Origin: an uncultured virus (IMG/VR IMGVR_UViG_3300020048_000022)
Lineage: Duplodnaviria > Heunggongvirae > Uroviricota > Caudoviricetes
DNA length: 38,731 nt
Direction: 5' to 3' (one strand)
Virus record (IMG/VR): IMGVR_UViG_3300020048_000022
This document shows, one piece after another, positions 27,510 to 36,007 of the stretch. Each line of letters begins with the position of its first letter. Within the stretch, counting starts at the first letter, position 1. Both the position numbers and the translations under genes were made by a program. Below the pieces are notes generated by a model. The model had not been told where the DNA came from. It worked only from the letters and a program-made list of their open reading frames with translations, and did not search any database.

Positions 27510-28289
27510 TTAGTTCCACTGCAAGAAGTATGAAGGAGTGTTTTCGTCTTTGATCATTTGCATGATCTCAGCTTTTTCTGTAGTTCCTAAAGTTTGTATA
27601 TTATTATAGTTAACTCTAACACCTCCTGGTAAATTATATTCGAAAGTACCTAATAGTCTACCAATATTAATTTTAGCTTCAGCAAGACAAAATCTTACAA
27701 ATAGTTCGTCATCATAAAGATCTTCTTCTGGTATTGCAATATAACCTCTAACCCCAACATCAGTACCAGAAAATAAAGTGGATGAACTTCCTCCATCAGT
27801 TGCTCCTGATCTATTAGGATCTCTACCGTTAATTGTTAGTTTTTTAGTATTCTTGTTAAAGTTAAAAGCGTAGGTTTCTAATAAATAAGCTTTAGCTAAA
27901 TCAAAGAATGAATAAAGTACAGTACGATAAACCAAGTTATCTCCAGCAAATGGTGATAGCATAAGCTCGGATCCTAATAATTTAGAATCTCCAAAATCTT
28001 TATCAGGTGTACCTGTAAGACCCGATCCACCAACTTCTCTAACATCATATACAGATACCACACAAGATGGTAATTGGATCTGTCTTGTTGCTCTAAAAGC
28101 AGCAGCAGAGAATAAGTCTTTTCCTAATACAAATATTCTATCTTCTACTGCATATTGATAATTATCATAAAAATAAGCTCTAGCTCTTTTTATAATTCTT
28201 TTTATTTCCTGGTCATTTAAGTTGTATGGTAATGCACAAGAATGAGATATATCATCTCTAATTTCCTGAATTAAGTCTGCTTCCGTCAT
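27510..28289 (-). CDS. Neck/head-tail adaptor protein, T4 gp13-like
   Basis: C-terminal FVRFCLAEAKINIGRLLGTFEYNLPGGVRVN...EKAEI parallels the gp13 LPGGV region. Helical N-terminus LNDQEIKRIIKRA. Confidence 0.8.
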   Translation of the reverse strand: MTEADLIQEIRDDISHSCALPYNLNDQEIKRIIKRARAYFYDNYQYAVEDRIFVLGKDLFSAAAFRATRQIQLPSCVVSVYDVREVGGSGLTGTPDKDFGDSKLLGSELMLSPFAGDNLVYRTVLYSFFDLAKAYLLETYAFNFNKNTKKLTINGRDPNRSGATDGGSSSTLFSGTDVGVRGYIAIPEEDLYDDELFVRFCLAEAKINIGRLLGTFEYNLPGGVRVNYNNIQTLGTTEKAEIMQMIKDENTPSYFLQWN

Positions 28290-28294
28290 TTTAA

Positions 28295-29737
28295 TTAGTT
28301 ATTTGATTCGAAGTTAGTACCAGGAATTCCTGATGGCTTACTGTTATTAATACTAAATCTAACAGGTTTAGATAACGTTTCACCGTCATTTCGATTAGGG
28401 AATCCTTTCTTCTTGGAGCTTCCTTTCATTTTCTTATCATCCTCTGCATCTTTAACTATTTCAGTATCTGGAGAAATAGTAGCAAGTTTTCCAATATAGC
28501 CTGATCTAATTATACCACCAAATACTTCACAATTGATTTCTTTTTCTTTATTATCTATATAAGTTTCATGTACTACATTACTAAACATAATATCCGAATA
28601 CATGATCTTAGATCTCTTAATTTCATTATTAGTAATCAAATCACAATCTTCAATCGCACAGTCGTTAAGATCACACGAAAACAGTCTACAGTCTAATATA
28701 TTTCCAGAGATTTCACTATTAAGAATGTCATAATCTTTAAGAAGATAAGCTCTAGTAGTTTTCACATCTTTTAATTGAAATTTACCTAATGAGCTATCAT
28801 AATTAATCATACCTTCTTTAATACCATTCTCTACGATAATATCATAAAGAATCTCTCTGATAGTCAAGAAAAATGTTCTAACTATCTGGGGATCAGATTT
28901 AAGATCGACCATTATGTTTAAGTGTGGATAATTCTTTTGGAAAGTATCAGGATCTATAAACGTAGCTGAATTTTTATAGATCTCTCCTAAAAACATTTTA
29001 AGTATCTTTAAATCGTTATCAGAGAATGAATTATTAAACTTAAGTGTCTGTACAGTATAAGTTATTATATAGTCTATAATCTCTTTTATTGATGAGTACT
29101 TCTTTTGGTAGTCTTTACCTCCAAGATATCTTACCTCAAAATATCCATCGGGTAATTTAGTCATATTTATACCCATATTTTTTTCTACGGGTACTTCGAA
29201 AAGATTCTTATCGATAAATGAAATGTTTGATGGATCTACAAACTTATTAGCAGGTAATATTCTTTTGATTGATTTAGCATATAAAGAACCCGCTCTCTCA
29301 GGAAATCTTTTATAAATAACATTCTCATCAAATCCTAAAATAAATTTAAGGGGGTTTAGTTGAGATACCGGAGGAACCTCAGGGAATATAGAAGTATCAA
29401 CACTTACTCCAAATTGAAATGCACATTTCTTATCTGTGTAACCATTTAGATCAATCCATCTAAGGGTCTTTATAAGAATTGCTATAGCCTCAAAATAAGG
29501 AAGAGGACCCGTGATGAATTCTGTCATCTTGGATCCTCCTGAGTAATCTGGTTCTAATTTAAAAATATCCTTGGTCGGTTTAAAACCTGAATGATACTTA
29601 CTAAATAGAAGTATTTTTTTGCCTAAAGTTTTTCCTAAGGAATCCGCTATCTCATTTCTATTTAAGTTACTAAAGAACTCAAATTCAAACCCTAATTTAG
29701 CTGAGTAGAAAAAATCATTAGAAAGTAAATTAGCCAA
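28295..29737 (-). CDS. Putative amidoligase (COOH-NH2 ligase, Amidoligase_2-like) with a C-terminal beta-helix-like repeat; TTG start
   Basis: GFEFE, EPDYSG, EFITGP, TDKKCAFQFG and FEVRYLGG motifs in the family order. 5-residue periodic tail ILDCR-LFSCD-LNDCA-IEDCD. Confidence 0.65.
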   Translation of the reverse strand: MANLLSNDFFYSAKLGFEFEFFSNLNRNEIADSLGKTLGKKILLFSKYHSGFKPTKDIFKLEPDYSGGSKMTEFITGPLPYFEAIAILIKTLRWIDLNGYTDKKCAFQFGVSVDTSIFPEVPPVSQLNPLKFILGFDENVIYKRFPERAGSLYAKSIKRILPANKFVDPSNISFIDKNLFEVPVEKNMGINMTKLPDGYFEVRYLGGKDYQKKYSSIKEIIDYIITYTVQTLKFNNSFSDNDLKILKMFLGEIYKNSATFIDPDTFQKNYPHLNIMVDLKSDPQIVRTFFLTIREILYDIIVENGIKEGMINYDSSLGKFQLKDVKTTRAYLLKDYDILNSEISGNILDCRLFSCDLNDCAIEDCDLITNNEIKRSKIMYSDIMFSNVVHETYIDNKEKEINCEVFGGIIRSGYIGKLATISPDTEIVKDAEDDKKMKGSSKKKGFPNRNDGETLSKPVRFSINNSKPSGIPGTNFESNN

Positions 29738-29740
29738 TTT

Positions 29741-30850
29741 TTATACTTCTGTTAATTGTATTTTGAGAGTAGACGTGTCTACGCTCGAGATTGAACAATT
29801 AACCAATTGGCCAACCTCATAGTTGTTAATAGAGTTTACCAATTTTTCTTTTTCAATAAGTCCAGATAATCCATTTTCAAGTTTAATGAACACACCGAAT
29901 GTCTTTAATTTAGTAATCTCTGCTTTATATATTTTCAATTCGGTATTTTCCCCTAAAACTTCAGCAGAAGAATCTTTTAAATTTTGGATGTTCTTTAACT
30001 TCTCATTTGGTTCTAAAATAGAAAGACCGATTCTTTGTGCATTTTTGATATCTACAACGTAGAATTCGACAGAATCACCAGTTTGTAAAGTTTCTAATTT
30101 TGTTCTATTATTTTCATCAATTGAAATAATACCAGTGTAAATCTCTTCCCACTCAACAAAAATGTTATTTCCTGAAACTCCAGTGACTTTACCTTCATAT
30201 CTTTGAGAGAATGAAAGATTTTTAACCTCAGAGTCAATAATTTTCTTAAGATATTTCTTAAACGAAACAACGAAAATATCTCTCTTCTGATCATAGATCT
30301 CAATCATGACAGTAAGTTCCTTTCCTACATAATCAGCAAAGTTCATGATTCGATTTGCAGCTGCTAAACTTCCAGGTAAGAAACATTCGATTCCAGAAAG
30401 ATCCACCATGAACCCACCGTTACAAACATTCTTAACTCTCACTTTAAATGCGCAATCTTCATCTTTGATAGATCTATGCAATTCTCTTTTTAAAGCTTTC
30501 TCGTATCCAGCAGATACCGATCCATTAAATGCTCCAGAAGCATCTTTATGAATAACAACATCTAAAACCTGTCCGCTTGTTATCTCTATTGCAGGATATC
30601 CAAGCTTTCTCATATGCTTTTCTTCCTTCTTAGTATCAATGATAATAGTCTGGCCAAAAGCAGTTTCGCCTAATGCTAATCCTTTTTCGCCGTCGTATCC
30701 AGTAACAACTATTCTTTCTGAACTATTCTCTACTAAATCTTTACCTGACATCTTCGTGTCGGTCTCAGGGAAAGTTCCTGAATAAAGATCTTCTAATCTT
30801 TCTCTTTCGTTTGTTTCGTATTCGAAACAGCTAAAATTTTTATTTTTCAT
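29741..30850 (-). CDS. rpsA: Phage-encoded ribosomal protein S1 (bS1) homologue, about 4 S1 domains
   Basis: VKNVCNGGFMVDLSGIECFLPGSLAAANRIMNFADYVGKELTVMIEIYDQKRDIFVVS matches bS1 domain 2. Further S1 folds YEGKVTGVSGNNIFVE and ITKLKTFGVFIKLENGLSGLI. Confidence 0.85.
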   Translation of the reverse strand: MKNKNFSCFEYETNERERLEDLYSGTFPETDTKMSGKDLVENSSERIVVTGYDGEKGLALGETAFGQTIIIDTKKEEKHMRKLGYPAIEITSGQVLDVVIHKDASGAFNGSVSAGYEKALKRELHRSIKDEDCAFKVRVKNVCNGGFMVDLSGIECFLPGSLAAANRIMNFADYVGKELTVMIEIYDQKRDIFVVSFKKYLKKIIDSEVKNLSFSQRYEGKVTGVSGNNIFVEWEEIYTGIISIDENNRTKLETLQTGDSVEFYVVDIKNAQRIGLSILEPNEKLKNIQNLKDSSAEVLGENTELKIYKAEITKLKTFGVFIKLENGLSGLIEKEKLVNSINNYEVGQLVNCSISSVDTSTLKIQLTEV

Positions 30851-30906
30851 TTTATTTAGAGTTTGTATCTATTTTAGTATTAAGTTCCAAGAAAATTTCC
30901 AAGTTT

Positions 30907-33900
30907 TCAATATTTTTTTCCCCCGAAAGCTTTCTTGAGTTCCGATGGTAATTCGGGTATAGGATAAACAGGATCTCCTGCTCCTAAAAAGAATTTAAAA
31001 AGACCCGATACATCGGCAGCACTTCTTAAAAATTCATCTATATAAACCACATAGTAAACATTCTTTAGGCTCATTCTTCTCCATACAGGATGATCATCTG
31101 ACATAGCTAAAGGATTTATAATATTAACAACATTTCTTCCTAACAATACTGCTAAAGGCCAAGGTATCTTAGATAATATATTAGATGCTACTTCTATTGT
31201 TGGTAAAGTTATTTTATCAGATAGAGGGGTTTTAGGAAGGGATTTGAAGTATTTCCAAAATAAGCTATAAACTATTCTAGCTGGCGGAGGTGCTCCCATT
31301 CCTATTAATGCTTGCTCTACCATATCTGTTGGTCTTGCTAAAGGTAAAATAGGAATTTTAGCTATACTTAAGAAATCAGGTATATTTGGTGAATTGGGAT
31401 CTACAACATCCCTAACCATATTCCTTACTATCTTTTGTATATCAGATGGCTCAAGATTTATAAATTTAGAGGATTCTGGATCATTTATCTCAGGTATCAT
31501 TTTCTCTAATAATCCGTTATCTAATAAAGTTCCTATAGATTTTTTTATAAATGTTTTAATTACACCCCCTGGTATTGTCACTTGTACGATACCCCCAAGA
31601 CCAGGTATTTGTGCAACTTGATCCTGCTTCGGGGGGAAAACAGTGGGAAGTTCAAAAGCGGATATTGCATTACCAAATCCTCCGTTTAAAGCTTCAAGAC
31701 AGCATAAGGGTCCTTCGGGATGAGGAAATTTAGATATTAAAGGTTCCTCCCTGTCTAAAGGTCTTTCAGGATCAAATGCTCCTCTTCTACTTAATCCTAA
31801 TTTTTTAGCTACTAATTTTTTTAAATCCTTAACTCTTATTATTAATACAGGATCCTCACCTTCGTATCTCACATATTTAGCAAAATCCTCTCTCGTATAT
31901 TCAGCTTTTACCATACCCTCCATCAATCTAAGGTAAATGGCTTCTATTATAGGATTTTTTAATTTTATAAACTTTAATGCCTTAGGTGCTGAGTTAGTTA
32001 GCTTTATAGGAGGGAATAAGAAATTACCTTGATAATCACATTCCTCTATTATAGAAAAAGATCCTTTTCTCATTTTTTTAACAACAGAGAATTTATTTCC
32101 TCTTAATATTATGTTGGTAATAACTACTGCTGTTGACTTAATCTCTTTTACTAAATTTGAGAATTCGTCCCGATCCATTAATCTAGGGTCTTTCTTAATT
32201 CTAAGAAATATCTTATTAATATTCGAAACGTCTCTATTTTCAAAGAAGTATTGAGGTGGACATATAATTTTCATAAGCTTGAGAACCTCTCGCATTTCAT
32301 CTTTGAAATTTATATAGCCTCCACATTTTATAGGAACAAAGTTGGCTTTCATCTCTTTAAGAATTCTTAAAGATTTAACAATTCCAGGAATATCTATTTT
32401 AAGTTTATCTTTGTCCTTGGGAAAGTATATTGATTTAGGATTTGGTATGCCTTTATCTAAATAATCATTAATAAGAGTTTTAAGTACATCCTTTCTTTGT
32501 CTGACTATAGCTTTTAATTCCTCATCCTCATCTAGAAAATTAGGAGTAGGAAGATCTAATAAAGCAGCTTTTTTCTCATACTCTTTTTTCTTTTCTCTCC
32601 TCTTCTCTTTAACGTCTTTTTCTTTCTGTTGTAAATTTCTAAGAGCTTGTGTATCACCGGGAGGTGGTACGTTATCAAGAATCTTAGTTAAGTTTGCTTG
32701 AATATCACTAAGAATTCTGTCTGGTGAATCTAAGTTATCGTTACCAAATCCTGGAAAAGGAATTAGCTTATCTGGAATACCAAAAGTAAGAGCTTGCTTA
32801 ATCTTCTCTAAAGGATCTTTTAATTGCGGATCTGACTTTCTAGGTATAAATCTAGGTCCTCTTATTCCAGTAAGAAATAAAGAACTACCCGTTATAAATT
32901 CTTTTAAATAAACTAAAGGTGTAGGCATAAATCCACCAATTAAAGGAATGAATATAACCAGAATACCCAGATTTAATGGCAGTGGAATAACTATAGGTGG
33001 TATAGTAGTCCAAATCATAGGGAGAGGAATTCTTATATATGGCTGTCCATCTATAGGATTAGGAAATGGAATAGGTATAAAAGCTGGTGGAAGATATCCA
33101 ACTGGCCAATATTTTAATCCCAATCTAACACTAGGTCCAGCTGCTAAGAAATAGGCTGGATCCTCTATCGGGGGTAAACCATTAGGGTATGGTAAAAGTC
33201 CAACTTTAGTAATATCTTTACAAAATTGTTTCCACCAGCACTTCTGAAACATAGTCGGGCAATCAGAACTTGGAGGTGAAGACATTAAATAATTAGATGA
33301 TTTAAAATCCGATCCCGCAGGTCCGCAACATACAGGAGGACAGTTCTCTGGGTCATCAGCATCGTTGCTACCACCTCCTGCGCATTTAACATCAGAGAAG
33401 CTTTTACCTACGCTATCGGGAGTTAAACTCTTTTCAATTTCCGCGCTTTTTTGTGCTACGTATAATATAGTGTCCTGTATTTGTTCATATTTCTGTTTGA
33501 CGTCAAAATAATTTTCAAATATTCTAACTCCTATAACATCTCCAGTAGGTAAAGTTTTACCTAATCCCTCCCCGGCTTTTCTTGCTTCAGTCTTTAGATC
33601 TTCTATAAAAGGATCAATATATTGTTTTTTGCTTGCTTGATATTTAGCATCCCATTTGGGTTTAAAGTTTCCCCAGAAATCAGTAAAAGCTTGATTTGGT
33701 TCTCCCTCCTCGGTGAAACTAGAAGGTCTAACTTTTGAAGGATCCCTAGAGTCGTTATCTCCTCTTTCTTCTTGTGAGAAGAATAGCCAAGGCGAAGCAG
33801 ATTTTTCTATAAGCTGTCCATAAAGAATTCCTCTATCTTTTACTATCTTTTGTATAATATCAGATTTTGAATCATTCTTTTTTATGATAGTCTCTATAAA

Positions 33901-36006
33901 GTCATAAAATTTAGCAACATCAGGGGTTCCTGTTTTAAGATTGTTGATCTTAATGAATTGATAACTTTTTAAATACGAAGGCGTAGTATCTTTTAATAAT
34001 CCGCCATTTCCTGCATATTCGTTTCCTATTTTTATTTTTTCACCATCGGTCTCATTAACTTCTTCCAGAGGATCTTTGCTTGAATTTTGAAAAGATATAC
34101 CAGCTGGCTTTTTAACTTTCTTGTAAGGAAGTGGTGAACCATAATCGCTCATGAAAGAGAGATCAAATTGCAATTCACCTATTTTTTTATTGAATTCTAC
34201 TTTATTAAATCTGACAGAAAAATCTTTTATTTTTTTAATAAACTCGTATCCATAAGAATCGTAAGTATTATCAGTAGCAACATTAAATAAAGGACTTTTA
34301 AAAACCCTTTCACTAATATCTAGATTAGTCTCACCTTGTTGATAAACATCACTTGCGGTGGTAGTACTAGGAATAAAAGCGTTTTCTAAATCTGAATAAT
34401 TTACTCTTTTATTAAGTTTGGTACCTAAAGAATCTACTGTAGAATTTCTTAATGCTATTGATTGATCCTTATCTATATTAAGGCTTTCTATAAAATTCTT
34501 CTGTATTAATATAGCTCTAATAGTATCAACATTTGATTCGAAAGATGTAACACCATCTGCTACCGGCCAAGATTGATTATCACTGTTATATGTTATTGGG
34601 GATTTGCTAGCTTCTATTTGGTAATTAAATAAAGCGGTTAATTCATCATTAGTTAATTCAGTATCAGGAATTGTTAGAAGAAAAAGATCATTAGTAAATA
34701 TTGAATTATTCTCAATAAATAAAGCCTTATCATTATTATATTTTTCTTGCTGGTCTTTAATCAGCTTCTCTAATTCTATTGATTGGTCATTGTACGTCAG
34801 TACACTTATAGCAAGATCCAAATTACTAGGATCTCCGCCTTCGTTAACAGGTATTCTATTTTTCCAATTTTCAGATAATGATTTTTGATACTCGTATATT
34901 ATTTCATAATGATAGTATATCTCTTCTAGACTTTTTTCTATCATTTGCCATCTAGCTAATAATTTACTGTCGTCTTCTATTTTTTTAGATTTCGTTAATG
35001 CAGAATCTATACATGCTTCAATAGCATCAACATCTACTGGTGCTGGCTCTGGATCAGTTTCGTCTGGATTATTATCAGAAAAATCATAGGCAGGAGGATC
35101 ACAAAAATCTTCAGTCACATCATTAAATGTTTCTTTAGTTACTATAGGATCTCCTGTAATAGGATCTTCAGGAACTCCAGGTAAACAATCTTCATCAACT
35201 ATTGGATCGTCACCATCAGGAAAGAAATTAGAGTCATAGTCATCTATTCTATCTGATTTTGTATTCTCGTCAATGTCTTCAAAATCGCAAGGTTTTGAAT
35301 TGATGTTCTGTTTATTTAGAATATCATTAATCTTATCTAGAGCTTTACTTATACTTTGTTCTTCTCCTCCTATCTTAACATGAACTACTTTTTTACCAGA
35401 CATTATGAATTCTAATGGGATTTTAAACCCAAGAACATTCATGTCTCTTTTTTTTCTAGATCCTGAATTTGATGGCTTGCCAAGAATTAATGGATCTAGA
35501 TTATCAAAGATCTTCTCGTTTACATTTTCTAAAAATTTTGAATCTTTATTTTTTAAGAAACCAGTTATACCTCTTGATGGTATTTTGAAATCGTACTTAA
35601 AAGAGGTAGAATTCTTTACTGTTATTCCGAGATCTTTCTCTGTTATTGCTGAATTGTTTTTAAATTCATCAGAGGCTATTAATTCATTATATAATTTTGG
35701 ATTTTGTTTTTTTAAAGATTCAAGTAATATAACGCTATATAAATCATCCCCTTCATAATTACAAGCCAATTCTTCTATCCTTTTCATAGGAATAGGAGGC
35801 TTTTGTGGTTCTAAGCTTGCTAGTATATTCGCTACTTCCTTTTCGCTTTTTTCTAATTCTTTATTAAACCCTTCATCAGATTGAAGATCTTCATAAGGAC
35901 CATTTATTCCTTCTCCTCCAGTTATAATACTTACTATTTCTTCAGTAGTAGTTTTTTCAAAATCCTTACCTAGGAGTTTATCAATTCTTTCCTCTATATT
36001 TGACAT
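30907..36006 (-). CDS. Large hypothetical protein (1699 aa) with a central Cys-rich and Pro-rich hydrophobic segment; probably virion-associated
   Basis: Starts 1 nt after the gp5-like stop. Acidic N-half, basic C-half. Contains CPPVCCGP and IPIPFPNP...IPPIVIPLPLNLGILVIFIPLIGGFMP. Confidence 0.7.
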   Translation of the reverse strand: MSNIEERIDKLLGKDFEKTTTEEIVSIITGGEGINGPYEDLQSDEGFNKELEKSEKEVANILASLEPQKPPIPMKRIEELACNYEGDDLYSVILLESLKKQNPKLYNELIASDEFKNNSAITEKDLGITVKNSTSFKYDFKIPSRGITGFLKNKDSKFLENVNEKIFDNLDPLILGKPSNSGSRKKRDMNVLGFKIPLEFIMSGKKVVHVKIGGEEQSISKALDKINDILNKQNINSKPCDFEDIDENTKSDRIDDYDSNFFPDGDDPIVDEDCLPGVPEDPITGDPIVTKETFNDVTEDFCDPPAYDFSDNNPDETDPEPAPVDVDAIEACIDSALTKSKKIEDDSKLLARWQMIEKSLEEIYYHYEIIYEYQKSLSENWKNRIPVNEGGDPSNLDLAISVLTYNDQSIELEKLIKDQQEKYNNDKALFIENNSIFTNDLFLLTIPDTELTNDELTALFNYQIEASKSPITYNSDNQSWPVADGVTSFESNVDTIRAILIQKNFIESLNIDKDQSIALRNSTVDSLGTKLNKRVNYSDLENAFIPSTTTASDVYQQGETNLDISERVFKSPLFNVATDNTYDSYGYEFIKKIKDFSVRFNKVEFNKKIGELQFDLSFMSDYGSPLPYKKVKKPAGISFQNSSKDPLEEVNETDGEKIKIGNEYAGNGGLLKDTTPSYLKSYQFIKINNLKTGTPDVAKFYDFIETIIKKNDSKSDIIQKIVKDRGILYGQLIEKSASPWLFFSQEERGDNDSRDPSKVRPSSFTEEGEPNQAFTDFWGNFKPKWDAKYQASKKQYIDPFIEDLKTEARKAGEGLGKTLPTGDVIGVRIFENYFDVKQKYEQIQDTILYVAQKSAEIEKSLTPDSVGKSFSDVKCAGGGSNDADDPENCPPVCCGPAGSDFKSSNYLMSSPPSSDCPTMFQKCWWKQFCKDITKVGLLPYPNGLPPIEDPAYFLAAGPSVRLGLKYWPVGYLPPAFIPIPFPNPIDGQPYIRIPLPMIWTTIPPIVIPLPLNLGILVIFIPLIGGFMPTPLVYLKEFITGSSLFLTGIRGPRFIPRKSDPQLKDPLEKIKQALTFGIPDKLIPFPGFGNDNLDSPDRILSDIQANLTKILDNVPPPGDTQALRNLQQKEKDVKEKRREKKKEYEKKAALLDLPTPNFLDEDEELKAIVRQRKDVLKTLINDYLDKGIPNPKSIYFPKDKDKLKIDIPGIVKSLRILKEMKANFVPIKCGGYINFKDEMREVLKLMKIICPPQYFFENRDVSNINKIFLRIKKDPRLMDRDEFSNLVKEIKSTAVVITNIILRGNKFSVVKKMRKGSFSIIEECDYQGNFLFPPIKLTNSAPKALKFIKLKNPIIEAIYLRLMEGMVKAEYTREDFAKYVRYEGEDPVLIIRVKDLKKLVAKKLGLSRRGAFDPERPLDREEPLISKFPHPEGPLCCLEALNGGFGNAISAFELPTVFPPKQDQVAQIPGLGGIVQVTIPGGVIKTFIKKSIGTLLDNGLLEKMIPEINDPESSKFINLEPSDIQKIVRNMVRDVVDPNSPNIPDFLSIAKIPILPLARPTDMVEQALIGMGAPPPARIVYSLFWKYFKSLPKTPLSDKITLPTIEVASNILSKIPWPLAVLLGRNVVNIINPLAMSDDHPVWRRMSLKNVYYVVYIDEFLRSAADVSGLFKFFLGAGDPVYPIPELPSELKKAFGGKKY

Positions 36007-36007
36007 A

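Noticed and set aside
2209..35758. Short + strand ORFs and nested - strand ORFs in the track (e.g. 6409-6774, 12973-13281, 17126-17488, 35405-35758, 5066-5251, 17673-17918, 30094-30303)
   Set aside because: They lie antisense to or out of frame within long, motif-bearing genes and have no recognisable features. They are treated as shadow ORFs.
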